Below are positions 26,640-38,395 of a stretch of 64,000 nucleotides of DNA, piece after piece (position 1 is the stretch's first letter; each line of letters starts with the position of its first letter). A program made the translations under genes and the position numbers. The notes under the pieces were generated by a model. The model saw only the letters and a list, made by a program, of their open reading frames with translations, had not been told where the DNA came from and did no database searches. Source of the stretch: Negaprion brevirostris (taxonomy: Eukaryota); contig JARDVH010000143.1 in NCBI GenBank assembly GCA_030324005.1, positions 43,418,064 through 43,482,063 of the forward strand, written 5' to 3'.

Positions 26640-27720
26640 GAGTCTGCTTCTGATCATGTCACCAAGGGGAAGCATATAAATGAGAAACATGAGGGAACCA
26701 AACGATGGGGAAGAAAAGGCATTGCCGGAGATACCCTGGCTATGACTTAATAGATGAAGTACAACTGGGTGATGGCAATCTAATTCAAGTGAATAGAGGA
26801 GTGACAAGTTCAGCCATGTCAAGGCTGTACTGTGGTCAAATGACACAAAGTGTGCCACAATTAATTACAGATATGATTTTTGACTGAATATGGCCGTTTC
26901 AATGCAGTGGTAGTGTGCAAAGCTGATCCAAGAGATTCAAACAGTGAGTTGGGGACATGTTCAAAAAGCAATGAACATGTTGAACAAGAGAAAATTGAAG
27001 ATGGAATACTAGTTTGTAACAAGAGAAGTGATGATGGCAGTCTTGAAAGGGAGGGAGACAGAATCTGAGAAAAGGGACATTGGCAATGGCAACTAACATT
27101 CTTTGTGGAAAAGACGATTGACTGGTCAACAATTTAGTTGAGAGAGCAGGAGGTTGCCAATACGAGCTCAGGGAGATAGGAAAGATGACAGTTCACGGCA
27201 CAGTGTGGCTGTGAATGTGGATAGGTGAGTTTATACAGAGAAAAATATTAAGGAAGGAGGAAAAGGCAGGATACAAAGGGAGGGAGCTAAGTTGAGATGG
27301 AGGTTGAAATCACCAAGGGTAAGAAGGCACTCTCAGTATGGAGCCTACGACAGAAAAGGAATGAGGCTATCTTGATGAAAAACTTGGGTGATTGAGAAGA
27401 ACAAGAATTTGTTTTAAAAGGAGAGGTTAGCATGTTGGAAAAAGGCAAGCACTCAAAAGGAAAACGTGTTACCAGGAGAAAAATCAATGATATGGATTTG
27501 AATACAGTGAGATTGTGGAGATAACAGCATTGATTCCAATGAGTGTACATTCTGGAGGAACACGCAGTGTGAGGTAGTGATTGTTAACCTGCTGGCAGAG
27601 TTCAAGAGTTGGTGTTTGGGAGTTGATGGTGGGTGGGGTGAGTGAGATAAGAAAGTTGACGAGATTAGATGTCAAGAGAATGCAGGAGTTGCAACTGTTA
27701 GTTTTAAGGAGGGAGTAACA
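26640..27720 (-). mobile_element. L2 LINE ORF2 fragment, decayed
   Basis: Minus-strand ORF 26625-26858 has FVSFDHS and GSLMFLIYMLPLGDMIR (L2 RT motif GPLLFLIYMLPLG). Confidence 0.7.
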
Positions 27721-30700
27721 AGTGCCTCCCTTTGGAGAATACTGACTAAGGGAAGCTGAGAGTTACTCAAAGAATTCAAGCCTGGTCTGGACACAGAATA
27801 GTGAGAAGCCAACCCAATACAAATTCAGAGCAAGTACTGACTGGGCAGAGTAATTAAAAATGATCAAAATACCACTAAGAATTTCCTCAGACTCAAGACA
27901 TGAATAAATTCTTCCAATCCTGATAATGGGTTCCTAGCCTCCAATCAATTCCTCAGGGACTGGGCACAACACATACTAAGAAACTTACTTCGAAGAACTT
28001 TAAGCAGTTTTAAAATAACCAACTGCTCTCTAATTTACCTCTACTTATTCCCAAGACCCAGATATTACGCCATAAAAACACCTTCTCTTTCCATGCACAT
28101 CCATTTCCAACTGGGAACTGAACAAGTGAAAAATACAGGCACAACTTTATATACTGTAACACTGTGGTACTGCACACTAAACGATATACCATGTCAGTTC
28201 TTGGAGCATGACTGAGAGTTAGCTATTATCAGCTTAGAGTTGCTCAAGTCAGATCAAGATTGTGGCTGATCTCAGAATTAAAAATGCAATAATTGCCATA
28301 AGTCAACTGACAATTTTTTTCTGTACAATTTTTCTTTTGCATTTCAGTGAGCTCTTCATTAACTGATCTAAAAGTAAGCCATTTTAAGCACCAAGCGCTT
28401 TTAACTGTTGGCCTTGTACTTTAGGAAAATGACCTCAAGACTCACAAAGTAACTCTCCTGACCTTTAAGGGTTCCACTCTAGCTGCTGTCAAAATCAGTG
28501 CTGAAACTCAAGTTATTACACTGTCATTCTTCTTCTCTTCTCCCCTGCCCTGTAAAGATTTGGGGGAATGCCTTGCATCAGCAAGATTTTTCTTGAGAAT
28601 TTCTTGTTTTGGCTGTTTATCATCAATAGGACTGTTTTCAATTAAATATGCATCCTTACATACTTATCATTTCAGGTGTGTTGAACCCAGCGTGACAGGA
28701 TTTAGTCCTGCAATTATAGAAGTTTATCACATTCACACCAATGCAAGGTCATTTATGGAATGGAATACAGAAAATTGCTCATCAAAACACTCAATGGTAT
28801 TTATTCCGCTACAGCTGTCAAGCAAATTACATTCCAGTATCCAATTCAAGTTGTAACTGCAAGATATGACAATGGGGAAAATATTTGCTCATGATTTAAA
28901 TACATAATTATATCAAAAACATTCTTGACCTGGAAAACTAATCTGAAGTAAAAGCAAGACCAATAACAAGGAAAGAACTGATAAACACGACCGAGATAAG
29001 AGGGTTCAGTAATCAGACATTCTCTGACACACTGAAACGCTACTTTGCAAAATTGAAAATATTTCTGTTATTTTGCCAATTAACTTCCACACATCACAAC
29101 ACAGCAAACAAAAAGCTAAGGATTATATTGTTATGGAACAACACAATTTGATGAGAAGTCAATCTCACTGTTCAGATTTGGTTCAACTTATTCAAAACTG
29201 ATATTCTCAAAATCATTTAGCCGATAGGCAAAGGGGACCATTTAGTTGTTTAGTATTACAGTCTCACTTTAGCAATTTTTACAGTCAAAATAGACATTTA
29301 ATAGTAAATAGAACAATCAAGAATTTCTACTGGAAATGTAAGCATTTCATGGGCCCACACAAGCATGCCATCTACAGCAAAGAATCAAAAACTACAGCAC
29401 TCTATCCAATTCAATAGCACTTGGGAAGCATAACTTATCCTTTAGCAGCCCAGTATTTGAAGTGATTTCAGTTCCCCAAGCACAGGTATTCAAAAAAAGG
29501 CACAATTAAATGAAAGGATATTTCAAGCTGCAGTATATACTAAACATGTAGCATTTTTTAAAAACATTCCCAACATATCCCGAGACCATGCTACCTTTAA
29601 CATATCATTATTCACCTTGCAAATACAGGATCATAAGATCATCTTTTCAAGAAGGGCCTCACTGAAAGATGCTTTCTGTTGTAGATCAGACAGATCTGCA
29701 GGTTCCCCCCCACCCCCCCAGTTTAGGGCCAGTCAGCACATATATCATTTTATTGCTGCTGGTACAAGTAACAAATATTTCATCAATGTAGAATACTTCT
29801 AGGGATGAAAAATGTACCGAAAGCCATACAATATTATCTTTGGACATCACTTGAGCAAATGAATGCCAGCAAGTACTCAAGAATTGTCTCTAAAATATCA
29901 AGTGCACTGTCAGTTCAGACTTTCATTTTTAATTATTTTAATGAACAGAGCAGAACTGAAAGTGGATTGTCTGTTTCTTTTTAGAATTTAAATTAGAAAG
30001 AACAACCTTGTGAAGAGTTTCTTCTCAAACAACTCTCCGTGAGACTCTTGCCCTGACTAGCTATGAATGACAGCAAGGTACAACTCCCTGGACACCAGCT
30101 GACTCCAATATCTCACACAAAAACTTGTACAAACATGTTCATCGAGGGCACCAGCAGCAGAAGGGAACCAAATTCTTCCCCAGCATTCTACTTATACATA
30201 CAGTATGGATTATTAATTCATGCTCAAGGACCAACACTCCCAAAGCATCTGCCTTCCTTATACTGAAAATTGTTAATATACTACCCTCATCTCACTCACT
30301 ATTGCCCCTTGTAAAACTGGCTAGATGCACAGACGAGGAATTTAATCCGGGACCTTGCAACCATTTTAAAACTGCTTCCTGAATCCTCACTTCTGTCCAA
30401 AGTAATTACAACACATTAACGGTCTTGAAGGGAAGGGAAAAAAAAGTCTAATTAAAGCTACTGCAGGTAAAATTCTCAATTATTTTCCATACCCAATAAT
30501 GAGCATGCTAAGTACGTATGTTTACCCAGTTAATAAAACTGACAGTGCACTGATTCTGAGTTTTGCACAACGAAGCGGACTTGAGAATTTCAAACAAAAG
30601 AAATCTCAGTACCTTGTAATTTAACTAGCAAAGTTGGATCCTCACACGAGTAACAGGCAGAGCAACACACTTGCAGCAATTCAGGNNNNNNNNNNCACTA

Positions 30701-31521
30701 TGCTTAAGGCAGGGAAAAGACAAGGATCATCTGCTACTGGGCTAATATGAATGTGATATGCAGAAGATTCAGGTACAGACAGTGCATCACACTCGTTACT
30801 GAGAGAAAGCAGTTTGAACTGGGCAGATGAAGGAAGAAAACAGATAAAATAATATACTAGAAAAAGACAGTTAAGAATCAAAACAGCAAAACTTAAAATG
30901 AATTAAAACAACGTTCAGATTTTTCATTTTATTTACAGAACACATATAACATACATTTGTGTTCTTCAGCCTCTGTAAGCATTCAAATACCCTTATGAAG
31001 CTAAGGATGCAAAATGTGGTACGCCTCCCAGTGTCAATAAAATTGCACTCCAAAGGATTTTATGTCAAATAGCAGGTTGCAGATAATTCAGCCATCTATA
31101 TTTGTTGTTATCCAGGGGGTAAATAAAAGAGATGAGAAAGCTTGCCAGTACAATGTATCATTACAGTCCAAGATAAAACAAATTTCACCCTCACAAGTCG
31201 CAAGAGTACTTCAAATTGGTAGTTCAACTCAAATTTTACAATATAGGATGAGAAAGGCTACCATCAAATTTTAAAATCAACCTCACTAACCCAGCAATCA
31301 CTTCTGAAGTTAAGGTTTACTTGTGGCAAGAGTAAAAATATAGTCAGGCTCCTATGACATCCGGCCTGCAGAATGACCTGAGCAAGGGTCTTCAATGGTG
31401 CTTCAAGGCATAAAATGGGAAACGGTTCTCTCCCAACACTATCATCCCTCAACTTCATAAGCTCATTCACACATGCATAGAAAAAATATAAAAAGGACCA
31501 AACAAATCATTCTGTATTTAC

Positions 31522-31800
31522 CTGACTGTAAGTCACCACTGATAAGTTGCTAGAGTGACTGTTAGGGGAGATATTTACAGAGTTCTGCGACAGTCCATTT
31601 TGATCTTGTTCATTTTGGTCTTCAGTTGGGCCCCATGAATTTTTACTAATGGGATTTGTACTTTGGCCCCCAGGGTCCTTCACATTGTTGTCTTCAGATT
31701 GCCTGTTTTTCTGTGGTGAAGCGAAAGGGTTAAAATTGCCTTCAATCTTGCGACAGGGTTGTGAAGAAAATTCTGTTTCAAATGAAGAAAGCTGCTGCGT
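31522..31800 (-). CDS. ILRUN: ILRUN exon 4, 3' portion (copy A); its 5' 50 nt are missing at the N gap 31801-31900
   Basis: Translates TQQLSSFETEFSSQPCRKIEGNFNPFASPQKNRQSEDNNVKDPGGQSTNPISKNSWGPTEDQNEQDQNGLSQNSVNISPNSHSSNLSVVTYSQ; donor CAG|gtaaat, phase 0. Adding the 50 nt of 32650-32699 gives a 329-nt exon with correct phases. Confidence 0.93.
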
Positions 31801-31900
31801 NNNNNNNNNNNNNNNNNNNNNNNNNNNNNNNNNNNNNNNNNNNNNNNNNNNNNNNNNNNNNNNNNNNNNNNNNNNNNNNNNNNNNNNNNNNNNNNNNNNN

Positions 31901-31977
31901 TGATCTTATTGAATGACGGGGCAGGCTCGAAGGGCTAGATGGCCTACTCCTGCTCCTATTTCTTATGTTCTTATGTT
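31901..31977 (+). mobile_element. CR1 3' tail
   Basis: tgatcttattgaatgacggggcaggctcgaagggctagatggcctactcctgctcctatttcttatgttcttatg. Confidence 0.85.
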
Positions 31978-32079
31978 AAAGAGACAATAACATGGGTTGG
32001 TGCAAGTCAACAGTTATCAGGCTGTTTTACAAGAAGGAATGATTGCTCAAAGGAATTGTTGGAGGAATACATAGGAATT

Positions 32080-32540
32080 ACAAAGAACAATGAAAATTGC
32101 AGCACAGGAACAGGCCCTTCGGCCCTCCAAACCTGCACCGACCATGCTGCTTGGTTGAACTTAAGCTCCCTACCCATCCAGGACCATATCTCTCTATTCC
32201 CATCCTATTGTATTTGTCCAGACGCTCCTTAAAAGTCACTATCGTATCTTCTTCCACTACCTCCCCCCAGCAGCAAGTTCCAGGCACCCACCATCCTCTG
32301 CGTAAAAAACTTGCCTCATATATCTCCTTCAAACCTTGCCCCTCACACCTTAAACATGTGCCCCTGAGTAATTGACTCTTCCACCTTGGGAAAAACCTTC
32401 TGATTATCCACTCTGTCCGTGCCTCTAATAATCTTGTAGACTTCTATCAATTCACCCCTCAGCCTCCATCGTTCCAGTGATAACAAACCAAGTTTCTCCA
32501 ACCTCTCCTCATAGCTAATGAACTCCGTACCAGGCAACAT
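32080..32540 (-). mobile_element. CR1 3' fragment joined directly to ILRUN exon 4 copy B
   Basis: MLPG..SYEERLEKLGLLSLERWRLRGELIEVYKII; tail acagcacaggaacaggcccttcggccctcc, a close relative of 43805-44150. Confidence 0.9.
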
Positions 32541-32699
32541 CTTCAGAAGGCCTGTTTTTCTGTGGTGAAGCGAAAAGGTTAAAATTGCCTTCAATCTTGC
32601 GACGGGGTTGTGAAGAAAATTCTGTTTCAAATGAAGAAAGCTGCCGCGTAACTCCTAAAAGGCCTCCGATTTCAACACTCAGAATCACCCAAATCACAT
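32540..32699 (-). CDS. ILRUN: ILRUN exon 4, 5' portion (copy B) carrying the splice acceptor, fused to a CR1 fragment at about 32540
   Basis: Acceptor tttgtgtcactctcag|AT; translates (D)VIWVILSVEIGGLLGVTRQLSSFETEFSSQPRRKIEGNFNLFASPQKNRPSE, then reads into CR1 sequence and stops at TAG 32517-32515. In frame with exon 3. Confidence 0.85.
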
Positions 32700-33507
32700 C
32701 TGAGAGTGACACAAAAGCATGGAATTATGATAAGCATGGCAATTATGACTTTGCGAGCTAAAATTTCTTTCTGTAAAAAATTCTAATTATCCACAGAAAA
32801 CTCAGTACAACTTACATTTAAACATTTTCCAGCCTATATAAACATGTTTTTTTTTAAATCAATATACAAAGGTGAGCTTCCAGTTAGGATTATAGATATT
32901 CTATGCATATGAATTGCAAAATGTACTTCCTTCTCCAACTTGCAGTTTTGCCTTGGGAAGAAGATTATTTGAAAAGAAACAGGAAGAAGAAATAAAGACA
33001 GCCAACAATGCAAACAGTTTTTCTATTTGATGTCCAAATATTATTTTTGTTCTCAATTTTCTGCTCATTTCTTCGATAATAGGCTTTGACTGACAACACA
33101 TGGCCTTTCCAAGGTTACCTTGAATGATGGCAAGGCTAGTTGATTATGAAAGATCATCACAGCCAAGCTTATTCCTACTTTAATAGTAAAACATCTACTT
33201 TCGGCAAAGGGAGGGAAGCAGTCATTAACCTGCAATCGGTGCCCCGCAGCCCCTCCCTCATCATCATTTTGTTGGACAGCATTTACATCAATTATGGCAT
33301 CTTACCACCACAGACCTGAGATAAACCACGCTCATTCCTGCTTAATGCCTCTATGAATAAAGACTTCCTCATGAGATGGATTTTTGCATCTTCTCATGCC
33401 ACACAAAAGCCCAAATTAAAAATGCACAAGGGAATCTTTTCCCAAGTCTCAAATCACAGTCTATGGTCAATGAGGAGATACACAAGCACAACAAAAAGGT
33501 GACTCTC

Positions 33508-33770
33508 AGAGTCCCTACAGTGCATTTGATCCAGTGAGACTGCATCCACTCTCCAAATGAGCATCCTACCCAGGTCCCAACCCCAGAACCTCATGTATTT
33601 ACCCTATTAATCCACCTAACCCACAGATCATGGGAAACTAAAGGGTAAGTCAGCATGGCCAATCAACCTAACCTGCACAACTTTGGACTGTGGGAGGAAA
33701 CCAAAGCACTTGGAGGAAACCCATGCAGACACGGGGAGAACGTGCAAACTCCACACTGACAGTCATCCAA
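33508..33770 (-). mobile_element. HE1/V-SINE-like tRNA-derived SINE
   Basis: ctttggactgtgggaggaaacc...cccatgcagacacggggagaacgtgcaaactccacac (reverse V-domain). Confidence 0.85.
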
Positions 33771-34466
33771 AGTTACAACTTACAAGCTTTCAGCATTTTG
33801 CCTAAAGGTCACTCTTCATGATTGTACCTGGATAAGGAACACCCAGGAGACTATTTAAGAATGAAAGCTATTCCACAAGCTTATGTTCCATGCATGCATC
33901 ACCCTCCTCCCAGCTCCTGACCCCCAGGGAAGACAGTTGTACTTCCTCCATTACTGGGCTTCATTGCGATCATCAACAGAAATGATGGATTGAATGAGGC
34001 CCCTTCAGCAACATCACCATTTCCCAGCTGGGATTTTAGTAAAGGAAGTGGCTGCTTTGGTTCCATTCTGGCAGATGCATAAGAAATCACAGTGAAAACT
34101 GTAGTATTAATAAGGAAATGGCTTTGTTCATTATGGACCACAAGCCAGTTGTGCAGGGCGTTTACCGATTGTGCATTTAAAGGAGTTTTCTCCTGATAAT
34201 TAAAATTGAAATGTGAGATCAAAATTTATGTACCCTTCATCATATCAACCAATACCTTTAAGGCTAACTAATGGGTAAATCTGAAGAACATTTTAGAACT
34301 ATTAATCAAATGCTACCAGAAGAAATTACTTCCTACACTGTTGCATTAAAGAATTGAGTTAGAGATTTACTGGTCATATCTAAATTTGTAAGATACCAAG
34401 CTTGAACCATCTTACCTGAGTCAAACTATCTTAACATCTAAACCAATTGCAACTAGAACAGGATAT

Positions 34467-34763
34467 GACAGCAGCATGGCACTGTGGTTAGCTCTGCTGC
34501 CTCACAGCACCCAGGTTTCAATTCTTACTTGGGTTATTGTCTGTGTGGAGTTTGCATGTTCTCCCTGTGTATGAGTGGGTTTCCTCCGGTTTCCTCCCAT
34601 AGTCCAAAGATGCACAGGTTAGGTGGAATGGCCATGGTAAATTGCCCCTTAGTGTCAAGAGGATTAACTAGAGTAAATAGATGGGGTTATGGAGATAGGA
34701 TCTGGGTGGGATTGTGGTCAATGCAGGCTCGATGGGCCAAATGGCCTCCTTCTGCACTATATG
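34467..34763 (+). mobile_element. HE1/V-SINE-like SINE, near full length
   Basis: tRNA-like head tggcactgtggttagctctgctgcctcacag, V-domain gtggagtttgcatgttctccctgtg and CR1-like tail gatgggccaaatggcctccttctgcact. Confidence 0.88.
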
Positions 34764-34863
34764 NNNNNNNNNNNNNNNNNNNNNNNNNNNNNNNNNNNNN
34801 NNNNNNNNNNNNNNNNNNNNNNNNNNNNNNNNNNNNNNNNNNNNNNNNNNNNNNNNNNNNNNN

Positions 34864-35005
34864 TGCACAAATTTGGACTGTGGGAGGAAACCAAAGCACT
34901 TGGGAGAAATCTGCACAGACACAAGTACAACAGCAAACTCCACAGTAACTCAATGCCGGAATTGAACCTGCGTCTTAACACTGTGCTAACTACTGTGCTG
35001 CCATG
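34864..35005 (-). mobile_element. HE1/V-SINE-like SINE, 5' part
   Basis: tttggactgtgggaggaaacc...caaactccacag...ctgtgctaactactgtgctgccatgc. Confidence 0.8.
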
Positions 35006-36099
35006 CTTCAGTCTGGATATACCCCATTATCCTTTCTGTTGTGAAACTTTTTTAGCCATTTGCAAATTGTCCACCTTGACTAATGAGAACCAAGGGGCAA
35101 AAACAGCTGTTGCATCACAACTGCTTCATAATACAAATCAACAGTGCTATTTGCCAGATATATTCTTATAAATCTTGCATTAATTTCAAGTCCAGAGTAG
35201 CTCCTTCAGAAAACTGAAGCAAATTTTGACATGAATTGAGGCAGCAGAGCTCTCTTTGTGCTGATTCACTGAAGGTTAAAAATATTCTATGATTCAACAA
35301 AATCCAAATAAAGATTGGTGACAGTTCCCTCAACATAATGCAAAAGAAAATATGCAATCCCCGATATTCAAAGACCTGTCAAACCTACTACATATTGAGT
35401 ATTTCATACGTTGCTAAGCAATTCAGAGGAATGGGGAGGGAGCAAGAGCAGAGAAGGGGATAAGTAAGAATGACGCAAGGACTGAAGACTGTGCCCAACT
35501 GAAATCAACAAATCACAAACTGCTCATTGCACAAAAGTACTGGTACAAGATACAAGCTGACTTACCAGACCATCATATCAGCCAATGGCGATCCTCATCA
35601 AAAAAGTGTAATGAACAAAAATTTGACTTTATTTAAAAAGATTAAGCAGGTACAGAGAGGATTAAAATAGTGCATAAACATTTTAAAGCAGCAATATTTG
35701 TTCCATTAAAATGGAAGGGAGGTGAAATTGTAGAGTGATGAAAGATTAGCAGCTTTCTAGGAACATACCAAAGCCTTTTCTTTTGGTGGTAGCATCAGTG
35801 CACGTTCGAAAACACAATATAAATGTTTCAGATATGNNNNNNNNNNNNNNNNNNNNNNNNNNNNNNNNNNNNNNNNNNNNNNNNNNNNNNNNNNNNNNNN
35901 NNNNNNNNNNNNNNNNNNNNNNNNNNNNNNNNNNNNAACAGACCAAAGCCTTGTCTTGTGGTGGTAGCATCAGTGCCAGTTCGAAAACACAAGATAACTG
36001 TTTCAGATATGTTGTACCTGCAACACCTCAAGTTGCAGATACAAGCATGCCTTGCTATCCGGATTGAGGATTTACCCTCCAGTTAGTCAACATTGTCAA

Positions 36100-36450
36100 C
36101 CATACAACCATAGAAGCTCTGCAGTGCAGAAAGAGGTGACTTGGCCCATCAAGTCTACACCAACTCGCCAGACCCCCCAATCCACCCTGTGACCCCACAC
36201 ATTTACCATGGCTAATCCACTTGACCTACGCATCTTTGACACTAAGGGGCAATTTAGTATGACCAATCCACCTAATCCACATATCTTTAGACTGTGGGAG
36301 GGAACTGGAGCGCCCAAAGGAAACCCAGACAGACGTGGAGAGAACATGCAAGTTTCTCCACAGACATGGGGAGAACGTGCAAACTTCAGAGTCACCTGGG
36401 TCCCTGGCACTGCAAGACAACAGTGCTAACCATCCTGCCACAATGCCACC
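36100..36450 (-). mobile_element. HE1/V-SINE-like SINE
   Basis: gacactaaggggcaatttagtatgaccaatccacctaa...ggggagaacgtgcaaac...cagtgctaaccatcctgccac. Confidence 0.85.
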
Positions 36451-36853
36451 CATCAATGACATTTGGCAAAATTTCCAGACAAACAAATGGAATTGCAAAG
36501 AGAGCTACCTTTGCTTCATGGGCCAGATTATCAGGATTCGTGGGCCAAGTAGGACTGACAAATTATAGTTTGGAAACCTTTGTTACAGAGATGTAAAAGT
36601 TAAAAAACAAATGCAAGCTCACATTCCAGTAACATAATTTATGCACTAAGGCATTGCAATTACTTGGTTTATCACAGTTTCATTGGTTTTGTACAAAACT
36701 TATAATAGTCATTTTCTGAAAGCCCAGATCCCGAGAAAGCTGATTTACACCCTCAGACTGTTAGAATTTTCACACACAGAGACAAGAGATCATCAAATTG
36801 TTTATTGCTTGAAAAGAAAATACTGGAGTAGGTGATTCATTTGATCTCATTAC

Positions 36854-37051
36854 CTCCAAAGTAAAGCCCAGTAGCCGTGCACATGCGCCACTGTCCCTGG
36901 TACATTGCTGGAGTAGTTGGACTTCGCATCTGAACGCTGACATCAGTAACTTCCTGAGGCTCCAGTGACCGAACCATCACCATGTTAACATGCCCAAATT
37001 GGTCACCTCCCACATATTTTAAAGACACACCAGGAGGCCATTGCTCTGTGC
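36854..37051 (-). CDS. ILRUN: ILRUN coding exon 3, 198 nt, FW domain core (symmetric phase 1-1)
   Basis: Translates (G)TEQWPPGVSLKYVGGDQFGHVNMVMVRSLEPQEVTDVSVQMRSPTTPAMYQGQWRMCTATGLYFG(D); acceptor cccctctcctcag|GC, donor GGAG|gtaatg; in frame with exon 2. Confidence 0.96.
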
Positions 37052-37131
37052 CTGAGGAGAGGGGAAAACAAGGAGTACAGTATTGTCTGTTCAGACATTA
37101 ACTCATGTGGTCAAAAACTTTAAGAACAGGA

Positions 37132-37370
37132 AGTGCTGAAAAAAACTCAACATTCTGGCAACATCTATGGGGAGAGAAACAGTTATATAAAATATACGTT
37201 AACATATTCTATGTTCTAACATTTGAGTCCAATGTGACTCCAGANNNNNNNNNNCAGAGTTCCGAACGGTCTTATTAACTCAAAACATTAGTACTATTCC
37301 TGCCTGCTGACGTTTCCAGCACATACTGTTTTTATTTCAGAGCTCCAGCTTCCACAGTATTTCATTTTTA
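37132..37370. mobile_element. Degenerate palindromic pLTR-derived repeat (family of 56897-57085)
   Basis: Left arm agtgctgaaaaaaactcaacattctggcaacatctatggggagagaaac; right arm cctgctgacgtttccagcacatactgtttttatttcag. Confidence 0.55.
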
Positions 37371-38134
37371 CTGTCAAAAGCTACCACTTCAGATTGGAAA
37401 AATTACTAACTCAATCCAATGAATATAACCTTCCAAATTAGAAAATAATGATTCATTCCACAAACTATCAAATTTAACAGTAAAATGGAGAACACTAAAG
37501 CATCAAGAATAAACTTCAATTGGCACAAAATAAAATGATCTGATCCACAAAGTGAAACATGGATTTCAAGTGCAGCATGAACTGAAGATTTCTTCATACT
37601 TTTCCTTCACTGAATGCCCCGCCCCCTCCCCCTCCCCATAAACAAGCAGCATCACAAATATAAGTCAGATAGTAAGTCAGAAAATACTCTCATTCAGCCA
37701 TACCACTGGGCTTATTGTTACATTATGGATGAAACCTGCACTTAAATGAATAAATTTCCATGCGCCAACTTATTTAATTGTCTCTTTCCAAACCATGACA
37801 GCAAACATCTATTACTGCACTTAATTCACCCTGATGTCGGAGCCTGACTCCAGCTTATTCAATTATAGATTTATATATTAGGATATATTTTTAAAAATGA
37901 TCATGTTTCATTCATGACGCAGGAAAACGACAAATGCCAGCAAGGTTTTCAGTAATAGTTTTATTCTAAATGTTGATATTTGCCTTGCAGTGGATTACTA
38001 CTCAAATTAGATGTAATTATGTGTTGAGGTATTGTCACTAAATTAACACTGTTCCCAAATAAAGTATTTTCAAAGCCAAGTTACACTTCAGGCAAATTAA
38101 AAGTCATCATACTCCAGCCATTCCTCCCCAATCC

Positions 38135-38395
38135 CTACAATGCAGAAGCAGGCTATTCAGCCCATCGAGGCAGCACCAACTCTATGGAAGAGAATCCCAC
38201 CCAGACACGTAACACCACATATTTGCCCCACTAATCTCCTTAACCTAAGGCACAATTCAGCAAGGCCAATACCCTGGCCCCAAGAGGCAATTCAGCAAGG
38301 CCAATCTCTCGAACCTTCGGAGCAATTCAGCATGGCCAATTAAACTATCTTTGGACTGTGGGCGGAAACTGGAACACCCGGGAGAAACCCCACGC
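38135..38395 (-). mobile_element. HE1/V-SINE-like SINE, truncated
   Basis: ctacaatgcagaagcaggctattcagcccatcgag...atctttggactgtgggcggaaactggaacacccgggagaaacccca. Confidence 0.8.

Noticed and set aside
34467-35005. Tail-to-tail SINE hairpin as a distinct element
   Set aside because: The junction is hidden in a 100-N gap of unknown size; two independent insertions or mis-scaffolding explain it.
35767-36011. ~70-bp direct repeat either side of the gap 35837-35936
   Set aside because: It abuts an exactly 100-N gap, with scattered T/G and A/C mismatches like read-end errors; contig-overlap artefact.
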